Notes under the pieces: generated by a model
Databases searched by the model: none
Told to the model about the DNA's origin: nothing
Seen by the model: the letters and a program-made list of their open reading frames with translations, nothing else
Assembly: GCA_010093745.1 (NCBI GenBank)
Contig: MU005979.1
Location: 124,001 to 188,000 of the forward strand
DNA from: Piedraia hortae CBS 480.64
Taxonomy: Eukaryota
DNA: 64,000 nt
Direction of reading: 5' to 3'
Program-made: the position numbers and the translations under genes
Part shown: one piece after another, positions 10,608-22,926 of the stretch
Layout of the letters: every line of letters begins with the position of its first letter
Position numbering within the stretch: the first letter of the stretch is position 1

Positions 10608-13196
10608 CTACCGTTTCAATTGCTTTGCCTATCACCGCGTTAGCATCCTTTCAACTCCCCCCCCCCCAATCTATGTAACAACAAAACTCACCTTCATCAA
10701 CTCAATCCTCGCCTTAAGGTTCTGCGTAACCTCAGCGGCACGTTTCCAGCTCTCCGTCTCCCCCGACGTCTGCTGCTGCGCAGCGGGCGCCTTCCCAATC
10801 CTCGAAGTCGATAACGTCGACGACGACGGAGGCGGCGAACGCACCCTATTCGCCCCAGCCAGCCTATCACTCCCCACCGAATTCGTCGCAGATGCGGACC
10901 GCGAATGCGGCTGCGACCTCGGCGCATGAAACCCTGCGATGTAGGGGGTGTTTTCCTTAAACTCGTCCCCTGCTCTCGCGTCGTAGTCTTCTTTTTCACT
11001 TCGTAAGGGAGGGCCTCCTTCTTGGCGATGAAGCATGGCTTCGAGACGAGCGGATTTCTCTTCGGCAGCTTCTGCTGCGCTTCGGGCTCGGACAAGTTGG
11101 GTTTCTTTGGCTTTGATTTGTAATACGTCCCGCGTGTGGTCTTCGATTAGCTGGGCGTTTTGGTTTTGGAGCTCCGTTATTGTCATGCCTAGACGGATTT
11201 TGTCGCTTCGAGAGTCAGCGAGTTGCGTGCGTAGGAGTTCGACTTCCGCGCGGAGGCTTTCGAGCTCTTCTCGTTCCACGTCGGATAGGGATGGTTCTCG
11301 CGCGGGGGGTGCGGGTGTTGTGCTCTGTGAAGAGGTTTGGCTGGGAGTTGGCTGGGCGAGGCCCAGAGAGCGGCCGGCGAGACCTTTGCCGATCCCAACG
11401 GGTTTGGGTTCATCGACGGCATTGCGTTTAGGAGAGGAGGAGATGGCTGAGGTGGCGGGTGTAGGGGGCTTTAGGCTTGGGATTGTCTTTGCTCCGGGAG
11501 GTTTTAGGCCTAGACGGGACTTGGGTATGGGTTTTGTGGTCTGTTGTGGCTCTTCTACCGGAGGGGGGCTCATTGGTTTGGCTACCGCTGCTGCTGAGGC
11601 TGGCGCTGCTGCTGGTTTCTTCGCAAGTGGTCTCTTCCCAGGCAGTGCCTTCTTCCCGGGAGGCCCCTTTGTTGCTGGAGGCGGAGCCACAGGCTTTGGT
11701 CTGTATTTCGCCTTGACCTCTGCAGCTTCGGAGAATTCTTTGATCTTCTTCTGCCGAATGTCGTCAAGGGTTTCAATATGCGGTAACATGACCTTTTCTC
11801 CCATGATCTTCAGCAAAACACCCAGCACTTCTGCTCCCGTGTCGCGCACACTGGCCACCGATTCCGCCAGTAACTTCTTGCTAATATCTGAAAGCTCCTT
11901 GGCCTGATCCAGGCTCGGGGCTTGTCTCGTGGCTTTCAAACATCGTACCAGGAACTTGCCTGTGCTGTCTTTTACTTGTGGATTCTTGTTCTGCAGCGCC
12001 TCCATTATATCTGCTTCGGTATCGTTGAGACCCGTCGACTTGAAGACAGCATCACAGGCGGCTGAGATTGCGTCTGTAACGTTCTGTTTCTTCTCCTTGA
12101 ACCGTTCCAACATTGGCGCCAGGATGGTGGATCTGTACCGTGCAAATGCCTTCTTCAATCCCTTGGCCAGGCACTCGACGCAGTTCGCAGCGACAATAAC
12201 GACCATGATATTGGCATCTTTCATGCATTTGGCTAGGCTCTTGACAATATCATCGAAGCGGCCGTCGACGATTGAAGGGATGTTGATAATTTCCATCGTC
12301 TCGTCCAACACTTCTTTCCGGTCTTTCCATTTCGCCGAGGCCAACCGCTCTTGGAAGTCCTTGGGGATCTTTGGCAGCACGTCTATGGCCAAGTCGAAGC
12401 CGGCAGCCTCTTCCTCTTCGGCTTCTGCCTCTTCTTCGGCCTTTTCTGCTGCCACCGCCTCGGCTTGTTCCTTGACTGCTTGCTGGGAAAGCAGTAGTCG
12501 GGTTGCTTCTGGCGTCGGCTCCTGGCTAATTGGCTCAAATAACTTGTCCAGATCTTTCTGCTGCACTTCTTTTAATTCGTCCCAGAAGAAAGGCTTCATG
12601 CCGGCGCGCAACCAGCGGTACATTTCCACTGCCAAGTTGCTCGCCTCTGCGCGGACATTTTTGTCGGCGTGGCCAAATGCTTTTGGCAGCGTTTTGAGAA
12701 TGGCTTTGGGTTCGATGGTTCGACATCCGTACGCATGGACAATTGCAGTGAGAGCTGCCAGGGTAGTCGCAATGATTTTGGGTTGTTTGTGCGCCAGGAG
12801 TGGGAAAAGTTCTTCGACGACTGGATCAGGCCTGTCTAGCTCGATTAGGAGCAATAGAGTCTCCTGCGCAGCCGCCTTTGCCGCCGGTCGCCCTGTTAAT
12901 CCCTTTTCTACGACGCCTTGTACTGTTTGGCTGCGCGTCTTGCGGGCGCCTTCGGTGCTGGCCTTTTCCAAGAACGCATTGTAAGCGCTGAGTCCCTCTT
13001 GCTGAGCGGCGACATTGCTGTCCGTCACGACGCCCTTCCAGACTGCCGAATCGGCGACAAACTCGCGCACAACAGCGGCTTCGGGCTTCGCCTCCTTGAA
13101 CTGCTGCGTCGCGGCCTCGTACCCTTGTTTGCGCACCTTCCAGTTCTTATGCTGGAACTTTTCCGACAGCGGTAGGTTCTCCCATTCTTCTTCCAT
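10608..13196 (-). CDS. STU2: XMAP215/Stu2/Alp14 TOG-domain microtubule polymerase; join(10692..13196,10608..10628)
   Basis: TOG1 (HKNWKVRKQGYE, DSNVAAQ), TOG2 (AKWKDRKEVL, DANIMVV), a basic Pro/Lys linker, a coiled coil and C-terminal ESWKRAAEVTQNLKARIELMK. Intron 10629-10691 adds AKQLKR*. Confidence 0.93.
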
Positions 13197-13569
13197 GGTG
13201 TAATGTCGCAATTGCCAAAGTGTGATGTCGGTCTGTTTTGGTGCGGGTCAACAAAGCCTCGACCGGGCAACGGCCCCGCGACGCGACAGGGAACGCGACG
13301 GCGCCACCCCGCAAACGCCACTCCAGGCGCCACGCTCGCGCCACGTCAGGGTCCAAGACGTCGGTACGCCAAGACCGGCGGGACCCTTGCCGGAGAACGC
13401 TAGACACAGGCTAAAGCACAAGCTAAGGCACAGTTGAGCATAGCGCGGGGCCACCGGGACGTTCAAGGTAGACACTGGCAGACTGACTGAGACACGGCTG
13501 GCCCCGAGAGACACGCACCAAGACATTGTTGAACATAGCCGTCCCTTCTGTTAACCCTACCGCCGGTCC

Positions 13570-13584
13570 ATGTCTGGCCGATAA
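13570..13584 (+). promoter_or_regulatory. 4-codon uORF (MSGR*) whose TAA overlaps the nudF ATG (TAATG)
   Basis: ATG TCT GGC CGA TAA at 13570-13584; the last A is the A of the main ATG. Confidence 0.45.
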
Positions 13585-14973
13585 TGGGACCGTTGCTCAC
13601 CCACCGCCAGGCCGACGAGCTGTAAGTGTCTGCTCTGTAGGGTCCACGCTCCGGTCGCTGATAACTCGGGTGCTGACAGCCACAAGTCCATCATCGCCTA
13701 CCTGACCGCCGGCGGCTTCACGTCCAGTGCGGAGACGTTGCGCGATGAAGTTGACCTGTCAGAGGCCGAATTTGATGCGGCGACAGCAAAGAAGTATGAG
13801 GGCCTGTTGGAGAAGAAATGGACGTCGGTGGTACGGCTGCAGAAGAAGATTATGGACCTGGAGGGCAAAGTGTCTCTGCTGCAGAGCGAACTTGACAGCG
13901 CAACGCCGGCCGCGCGGAAAAACCAGGACCCGGCTTCGTGGATACCACGCAGTCCGGCCAAACACACTCTTTCTGGCCACAGACAGCCAGTCACCAGCGT
14001 CGCTTTCCATCCGACCTTTAGCAGCCTCGCCAGCGGCAGCGAAGACTGCAGCATCAAAGTCTGGGACTACGAGCTGGGAGAGCTGGAACGCACTCTCAAA
14101 TCACACACAAAAGCTGTCTTGGACGTTGATTTTGGCGGCCCGAGAGGCAATACTCTGCTTGCCTCGTGCTCATCAGACCTCACAATTAAGCTCTGGGATC
14201 CCGCAGACGAATACAAGAACGTACGGACCCTTCCCGGCCACGACCACAGCGTCAGCTGCGTGAGATTCATCCCTAGCGGTGCGGCCGGGGCTCCTCTCTC
14301 TGGAAACCTGCTCGCCAGCGCGAGCAGAGACAAGACGATTCGCGTGTGGGACGTGACGACTGGCTACTGCCTACGCACTCTACGAGGCCATGGGGAGTGG
14401 GTACGTTCATTAGCTCCATCACCCGATGGGCGTTGGCTGCTCTCAACCTCTTCGGACCAAACCGCACGAACATGGGATCTGAGCCAGCCAGACGCCCACG
14501 CGCAGAAACTCGTTTTCGTAGGCCACGAACACGTAATCGAATGCTGTGCCTTTGCACCAGCTACATCATACACCCACCTTTCGGTCATTGCAGGGCTCAA
14601 AAAGCCCCCTCCAACCAGCAGCAGCGCGGAATATCTAGCCACCGGCGGGCGAGACAAGCTGATCAAGCTCTTCTCCGCCAACGGGGTGTGCATCAAAACG
14701 CTAACAGGCCACGATAATTGGGTCCGAGCTCTCGTCTTCCACCCATCAGGCCAATTTCTCCTCTCCGCCTCCGATGACAAAACGATCCGCTGCTGGGATC
14801 TTGCACAGGAAGGGAAATGCGTACGTGTAATCTCCGCTGCGGATCACTTTGTCACCAGCCTCCGCTGGGCACCGTCGACTCACCATGACGAGGCATCAGG
14901 TCCGAGAGAGCAAACCCGCTGCGTCGTAGCCTGCGGAAGCGTCGATCTTATTGTCCGTGTCTTTGCGCTGTAG
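13584..14973 (+). CDS. nudF: LIS1/NudF/Pac1 dynein regulator; join(13584..13621,13680..14973)
   Basis: Lis[19 protein letters not shown] after removing intron 13622-13679, coiled coil [21 protein letters not shown], then a WD40 propeller. Confidence 0.96.
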
Positions 14974-15136
14974 CCTATGTACGAGTCTATCGGTTGCATC
15001 AACCAGTGTGAAAAATAGACAAGATGGCACGCCAAGCCCGCGGGCCGTCCCTTGGACAAAGTCTTCGCAACTTAAAAAGTCATGCACGTAACTATGGATT
15101 TCTACCTTAACCCCCAGTATGTATATATGTACACCA

Positions 15137-17044
15137 TCACCGCGCAAGCGCTTTACCGAATGCAGGCCCCAACACTCTCAACGTAGTCACCATAGACGGG
15201 AAATTTTCACTCCTCCCTCCTCTCACCGGTCCCTTCCCCTCTTTGGGCGTAAGCCTCGTCATATCTAACAGGTGTTGCCATCTCGCGAGGTAAGCCCCGG
15301 GTCCACAATCCTCTGATTGATTTTTGGAGATGATGCTAGCTATCCGCTCCGCGGACGCGGATTGGATTTTTTCCATATATGTCGCGTAAGCGTCTAATTC
15401 ACTTGTCACGGAAGCTTGCTCCTCGGGGGGTAGGGCAGCGAACGCATCACGCAGCGCCGTAAGAATCCCTCCCGATACGTTTTTGTCGGATAGGAGGGAA
15501 GGCGAGGCAGGCGGCATGCGTCCCTGCTTGAAATGTGCGGCAGCATTATGCGCCCAAGCGCGCCACCAGTTGACCATTTCCTCGCCGTTGCGGGCTGCTT
15601 GGTGGAGAAACTTGTGGCAGCTGCTTTGGTGTCTGTGCAGGAGGCCGACGTAGTCTTCTACGCTTGGGGATGGTGCTGCTTGCGAGGTTTTGAGCATGTC
15701 GGTTAGGAATTGCTCGAAATCCCAGACTGTGTCGCTAAGGTTTACGGCGCGGTGGACGTGGCGGATCATGGGTGTGTAGGCATCGACGAGATCGCGGACG
15801 GCGAGGGTTAGGTGGTCTGGATGTCTGCGACAGATAATTTTGCTGATTTCTTGGCGGTCGCGAATGCTGAGTTGGAGACGGAGGTACTCGCTTGCTTTGG
15901 TGTGTTGGGTCTCGTTGAGGTCGGTGGGGTGATTTGATATTGAGAGGATGGTGCTCACCATGGACATGTTCTGCGCTTCGCTTTGGCGGCGGCATTCGGC
16001 GTGTTCTTCCCTTGGGCGGGAGATCCATTTGCGGATTTCCTCGCAGACTTTGGGAATTTCAGTCTCAATCTTCTCGCTTCGCTTCTTCAGGTCGCGTTTG
16101 TCCCAGTTGAGGACTTGCGTGAGAACTCTTCGAATTGTTAGCTTGTTTGCATTCGATCAACTGGTCTACCAACTGCTGTAATAAGTTCATCCCCTCGGGG
16201 GCTCCGGATGTGAGTCCCATCCAATTGGTTACGCTCGCTACGCTGGCTTTGGCTAGTATCACGCGCATTAATGCACTGATCATGGTTGCTACATTGCCAA
16301 TTTTTAGTGGTTGCCGAATGGCCGTGTAGGGCACATATGTGTGCACTGTCTGGATGAGCTTGACCAGCGCTGGGCCTTCCGGGGAAAGGACCAGGGCGTA
16401 ATGCATCAGGGATGCCAAGCTGCTGCGGTCAGTTTCGGACCGTTGAGTGCTCTTGATCCCTACTTTACAACGATGAATTCGTGAACCGCCTGGATGAGAC
16501 TGGAGTGCTGAGATAAATCTCCCGTTGCAGCCGTCCTGGCCAACGTCTCGTCAATTAGGTCATCGTAGACCACGAGCTGGAGAGCATCGTTCCAAGATTG
16601 CATTACATCCTCTGGATTCTGGAGATCGTAATTCTTGTATTTGTTCGGGAGGTGTTGTGGCATGCCCCCAAGAGATGCCCTAGCCGGTGACTCTAGCAAA
16701 GATGAAATAGCTGTAGCTAACGTCTTGCGTATTCCAAGCATGCCCTTATCATAGCTCTCACTCAGTTCTGCCTGAGACAATTCCTCGATCAAATCTTTGA
16801 CGCGTATCCGCCAGAATTCAGAACGTATACTGCTCAGACCCGGCAAAGGAAGAACAAATTTGGCAAGCAAAGCCTGTAGCATTGGCGTCTGCGAAGACTT
16901 GACATTATCCTGGAACGGTGGTCCGTACTTGCGAATGGCATCTGGTTGTTTGAATTGTTCGATTTCGTCATATGTCTGACGATGTATTAAAACATCAAAT
17001 AACGCATGCGTCTGCACCTCTGTCAAACGACCCGCACCGTCCAT
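15137..17044 (-). CDS. PX-associated (PXB) / DUF3818 protein, YPR097W-like, 3 exons
   Basis: N-terminus LTEVQTHALFDVL...EIEQFK...YGPPF and LSESYDKGMLGIRKTLATA. Middle VPYTAIRQPLKIGNVATMI...MNLLQ. Two short introns (16420-16463 and ~16129-16172) link the three ORFs. Confidence 0.78.
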
Positions 17045-17175
17045 TGTGAACTATTGTGAACTCTGTAAAACTTGATCCGGGAACGCGGGAGCCAGTGACG
17101 TAGCCATGACGTCACCAGTGCACGACCTCCTAATTTCCAATAAAATTCTCCGCCGCCCTCTAACCGTTTTCAGAT

Positions 17176-19050
17176 ATGGAAACTGCCAAGACGAAAGCTC
17201 TGACCGCTTGGTTACAGCAGCACGGTGGGTTTTTGCACAAAGATATCAAGTTATGCCACGACGAACAATCGGGTATGCATCTGCGTGCATTTGCAACCAT
17301 TGAACCGGATACCGTAATCACAAAAGTCCCGCTCACCCTCTCCCTTTCCAGTCTTAATGCCTTGGTGGACAAGCAATTTTCCGTGTTCTGGTCTCGGCGA
17401 AGTGAGTTGGATCCCGCAGCCGTCGGGTACTTTTACCTCGCCCTCCAGTGGATAAACCGGGAAACTTCGTTTTGGCAACCGTATCTAGAAGCATTACCCC
17501 AACCGGGAGAGGACTTCTCAACCGCTCTCTGGTTTGATCGTCCAGAGGATGTTGATTGGTTATTTGGGACAGATGTACTTGTCTCGATGCAGTGTGCCAA
17601 AGAGTTGCAAGAGGGATACTATCACAAAGGAATTCAATTCTTGAAGGAAGCCGGTGTCGATGTTGAGCCCATAACGTGGTATGTGTTTCGAATCTGTAGA
17701 CGTTTCTACTTCTAACAAGGCAGGGATCTCTACCGTTGGGCCTTTACGATATTTTCGTCTCGTGCGTTTTCCTCCCGCTTCGCTAAGCGTGAAGACTCGC
17801 AGTGGGTGGCCTTCGATCATGGTAAAGACGGCAATGGCCAAGCATCGGCCCTCAGTCTGGATAAAAGCTGGGCTGAATTCCCTGTCCTATTCCCAGTACA
17901 AGATATCACGAACCACAAACCGAATGCTCGCGTACTCTGGGAAATGGACTCCAAAGATTTCTGTTTTACCGTGGAAGAGAAAATTGACGCCAACTCGGAA
18001 ATATTCAACAATTACGCCACAAAGGGCAACGATGAGCTGTTGATGGGCTACGGCTTCTGCATACCTGATAACCCAAATGACGGAGTCTCACTTGCACTAA
18101 AACCCCCTGCTGCAGATCTACAGACGAGTTTGCGAGAGGCGCGTCCCAATCTTTTCACGCCATCAGGAACGTGGAATCAGGCAAAGATGACCTTCCGCGT
18201 CAGGAAGACAAGACCAAATGATGCAAACACTTTTGTCTGCGTTCCCGAGCTTCTGCTGGAGATTCTACTCTATGTTGCTCGTTACGAGCGTGAACTCCCC
18301 TTTAAGCCCCAAGACGATCCCCTTCGATATATAATTGAAGACTCGGATGGACGTCGTTATAAGCCGCGTATTGCCAGGATGCTTGTGGTCTCGCTTTCAC
18401 AAACATTACAGCCATTGATTGCAGGCAAACGGTCGGAACGACCCTCGAATTCAAAGCAAAAACATGCACAAATCTACAGAAATGGCCAGATCAGTATAAG
18501 AAAAGATCTCATCTTGAACTTTAAGACGGTCATAAGATCACTCTTCAAAACGCCCAAAGCGCCCTGTCCAACGTTCTTGACGCTAGAGCGGCTATACGCA
18601 TTTTGGCAATTGCGTGCTCGCAGCCACGCGAGACAATTTCTTGACGGCATCAGCCTCAGCGCACATACGCTCGATCTAAATCTCCTCCGCCGGTCCGGGT
18701 GGGAAGATGACGCTTTCGTCCTGCTGCTAGCCTACATGTTTCTCGACGCCGGTCCGGAAAATGTCGAAGCAAAGTTGCCACCCTATATGCCGGCCTTGCT
18801 GAGCGCACCTGAAGTCCCCAAGGACCTTCAGGAGCAGACCAAGGCGCTCATGAAAGTCGTCCGCATCGCGCACCAGAACTCAATCAACACGGTTTGGAAC
18901 GACCCTCGCTGGTCGGAAACGCTCATCATGGCGTTTGGAAAGATGTTTATGTTTGAGAGCATGGAAATTGTTGTGCCGCTTGAAAACAAGGATGAGAAGC
19001 GTCTTATTGTCTACTTGCATGACTGGATCGAGAATGTGCGAGTGGTGTGA
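17176..19050 (+). CDS. SET-domain protein-lysine methyltransferase (Rubisco-LSMT/Efm1/Rkm type); intron 17679-17723
   Basis: WLQQHGG, SFWQPYLEALP, spliced WDLYRWAFTIFSSRAF, VLFPVQDITNH and EIFNNYATKGNDELLMGYGF. Confidence 0.88.
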
Positions 19051-20299
19051 AGCACCGCAGCATATACCTTTGCACCAGCGTCGTTTTCAGTATATTAAGC
19101 CATGAATTTTACTCTAATCAGGGGGCCTTGCCCAGTCTGCAGAATCAACGCTGTTTCTTGCCCTTAATGAATGTACTATAGTCTCTCAACTGCGCTGGCA
19201 TGTCCAGAAATACCTGGGACTACTGTAAACCGGTGCTGGACGTGAAGTGTTTGTTCAAAAAAGAAGACTCGATGGGGCGCTCCACATTCCCAAACAGCAT
19301 GCATGATTGACTCTAATTCAGTATCAGCCGATCACAACGCAAGGCGGCTCCTTGGGTGGTTGGTAATCACCCCGCCTGTTCGGGCTTGGGCGCTTGTCCA
19401 TGTGCGGCTGCGCCATCACATACCATCTCTCACTGTTTGTGTCCCTGTGACGTACTACCAACCTTATACTTCTAACACCATCCAGTCTCAATCAAAGCTC
19501 CCCACTACGCTATTGGCCGTCGTCAACTGATGTCGCAGGTGGATCGAGCCGTTGCAGACGGGGAGGAGCAAACATCTCCCTGAGCTCGTCGCAAACTCCT
19601 TCGTAGCTGTACGCAATACAATCAACAACCTTGGCCTAAAAACATTATACACTTCAGCATGAGCATTCCATCAAAACGGACGCCCCCGCCTGCTTCACAA
19701 GGTACCACGTTATGCCCAATCCGAGCGTTAAAATGGCGACTTTTGCTCAAGGACCCTGTCCCTTTGTCCCACGTGTGCTAGCACTACCGTTGCCAACCCC
19801 AAGGAGAGGAGCTGTGTTGATAATCACAACCACAAGGCTGACCAACTTTGTTGAGAGTCTTTACTATGTATTAGACAGATGGAGTTGATAAAGGATTATT
19901 GTAGTCACATTCTATCAAGCAGATAAAACGAATTCAACGAACAACTCCGTTCCACCAAGAATCCACCAACTACAATGTTGGCATAGCGTTCCTAAATATT
20001 GAAACGGTTCAGCTTGACGTCCAAATTCTGATTATACAATACCAAAGACGTTCAGAGCACCCATTATCTCCCCCAACCAACGTTTTCCAAACGCCCCACG
20101 ATTAGACCGTTGAGTCTGAGCCTGCCAACGAGCTACCAGATCCCATTCTTCCTCTTAGCCCTTTCCTTTTTACAAACATCACCGTACAACTTAAAATCCT
20201 GCACACAAATCCTCTGTACCTAGACGCCCGCCACAAATGCCTGATAAGCTTTCGTTTGCGCCTGGTCAGGTTGTGATCTACTAAGACGTGAAGTCTGGG

Positions 20300-20480
20300 T
20301 CAAAAGTTGTGTGTAACTGTGTACGTCTCTACGTGCTCTGAGCTAACGCAACGTCCTCCACATACCTACAGTTGGCGAGACCGCATTTGCCGAGACCACG
20401 CGATGACGTGATCTCGTCACAGGGGAAAACTCCTCTATGAGGCAGAAAACCCTGCGAAGCCTCGGGCGTTCTAACTACCA
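20300..20480 (+). repeat. Diverged dispersed direct repeat, copy 1
   Basis: CTCCACATACCT...CCGCATTTGCC...AGGGGAAAACTCCTCTATGAGGCAGAAAACCCTGCGAAG aligns collinearly with 25270-25465. Confidence 0.65.
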
Positions 20481-22515
20481 CCGATCTAACTCATCTAACA
20501 CAGGGCTCACCATGCTATCTACACGGCCAACGGAGTGAGCGGAGGGTCAAATGTGTAACGGAGAGTCTGGGACGGACGGGACGGGACGTGGGCGGGTCTG
20601 TTGTGAATATGCGGTATATTACGCGCATTATTAGTAACCGTCGCTCGGCTCTCGACTTCACGCGTCAACTAGTTTTCCGTAGAGATTTGTATGCAGGTAC
20701 ACATCTGCTCACAATTATAATAGGGTCTACGCGGTACGGGCCGCATCACGCACTACATAGCTATCAATTCCGTGACGGCCTCCAGATCGTTACGTTCTAG
20801 TCAGTATAGAGGCTGTCTGAACCTATTCTGCATCATCTGTGACAACATGGTTTTGGGGCGACATATTCTTTCGCGCTGCTTTTTGCTGACTATATGTGCA
20901 TCCATCGAACTGGCATCCATCCTTTGAATATCATGGTTGAATTTAGATCGAACTGCAAGTGCTTGGTTGGCTGATGAGTGCATAAAGCTGAGATTACTAT
21001 GCGACTCTTCGCAAACAAACCGCCAACAGGTTCTAACCCCTAGGGCCCATTTCGTGAAGTAATTCAGCCTTGAAAGTCTGTAAAGACACAACGATAGGAC
21101 AGATGTTTTACATAAGCTTCGCCCGTCTGCCAGTCCATCAGACTGTCATGGTCCCGGACAAGGCAGTTTCAGACTTTCACGGCAATTGCGACCTTGTGGT
21201 TCGTAGGGTTGAGTTCCGGGAACGGGGCATACAGCTTTTGTAATGAGCTCCTGGCTTATGTAGATAGCTTAGATAGCCGCAGTGAGATATGTTACATCTG
21301 TGCATTCGCATGTTTCGTTTTCTGTTGGGATTTTCTGACTTGTTACAAGGGACGAGGTACAAGATGGTGGGGTTCAGATGTATTAATCCCGACCCAAGCA
21401 GCCTCATCCCCAACTTCGCTCCTACAGAACACCACCCCAAAAGCGTCCGGGCATGCAATGCTTGCCAAGCACACATGCATGCAACCCAAACCGCATTATA
21501 TAGCGTCTTTGTTGAGCGGCCAGTTACATTACAGTATCAGCTTGATTTGCAGACGAAGAGAAGTCTTGCAGTACAGAATCATATATTTACCAAAGGAAGG
21601 CATTCCATCCTGGACACCGTCAGCATAGAGTTGGCTGTGTTGATACAGAAACGTTGCTGTGCCTCCAACAACTGATCTCTCAACATGGTACGTAAGAAAT
21701 CTCAGGAAGGTTCTGACAAGGGCCATATAAGAAAGAAAAAAGGACAAAAAAGTAGCCTCCCAAGCCACTGTTTATCCATCCCCCCTGCCGCCGTCTTTGT
21801 TCCACAGGTAAAGTGCCTGTGTATGGCTCCAAGATGAATTACGAGAAGCGCGGCTAACGCAGTAGGATCAGGCAGCGTGGCTTGAGCATTGGCAGGCTGG
21901 CCTTACGGCATTCAAACCCGGGTTCTCACCACAGGCACTTGAATGCGCAGTGGTCCACCTACCCCGCCCGCGCTACTGGCCCAATGTGCTTCCAGCACGT
22001 CAAAAGCACGGCGGTATCTCGGCAGCAGAAAGAACCGCGTTGACACCGATCCGACTACTTTACAGCAAAGGAGCCGTGTAGGAGAGTCGGTATGCTATGT
22101 AGAGCGAAACGCTAGACAGTTGCAACTAGCGGGTAAGATCTTATTGTGTTCTTTATAGACTGTTCGAACTGAGGCTCGGGCCGCGGAAACACAACACACC
22201 AATATGATGTCGGGAAGTGGGGGTTTATATACACACAAGAGTGTACTGTGGTCAGTCGCGCATTAGCCGGATCACATGATCTCACCTGAAGGGGTGGAGG
22301 GAACTACTGAGGGAGATGAGATTCACGCTCACGTAAAAACTATTGCTCACACAACGTGTTTCATGTCAAATATGACCACAAACACGACTAGCCCAATTAC
22401 AAATGGAAAAATAAATTACTACGAAACAACAACGAAAACGATTAAACCAGCCCAGTAAACTCTCGGTACCCATTCGTCTGCGTGAGGAATACAACCACCA
22501 CGCCATTGTCCCTAC

Positions 22516-22926
22516 TCAAGCATCCTTCCTATCTTCCTCATCAGCCCAATACCCCTTATCCTTCTCAACAACCTCCTCAGAAACAGGATCGTCAGGCTCG
22601 ATACTCTCCATAACCGTCTGGCCCACTTAATCGGGCGGTAGAGTCAGCTCCCGACGCTTCGAAGGGGGAGGGGAGACAGTGGCGGAATGGGGACGCTTCC
22701 CGCCCTGGAGGGACGTCTTTTCGGTAGTGTCTGTCTCGTCGGTGGCAGGATTCGTGGAAGCACCGTTCTTCTGAGGCTGCGGGGCCACGTCTCCCTCCTT
22801 GTGGGCGTGCTCAGCCTGCTGAGGGGGGATAGGTTCCTGGTTCGCGGCGGGGTTTTTGTCGGGGGCAGTAGTCCCAGGGGCGATGCCCTGCATGTTGCCC
22901 TCCGAGGAGTGGGCGGGGGGTTGCAT
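22516..22926 (-). pseudogene. Low-complexity orphan ORF interrupted by one in-frame TAA (22627-22629)
   Basis: 99-aa ORF ending ...KRRELTLPPD*, followed in frame by VGQTVMESIEPDDPVSEEVVEKDKGYWADEEDRKDA*. It shows the same C/A-to-G/T skew as neighbouring real genes. Confidence 0.35.

Noticed and set aside
11035..12984. Long plus-strand ORFs (290 and 351 aa)
   Set aside because: Antisense to STU2 with no domain features.
21880..21960. Possible gag zinc-knuckle remnant on the minus strand
   Set aside because: The CCHC spacing is not recoverable.
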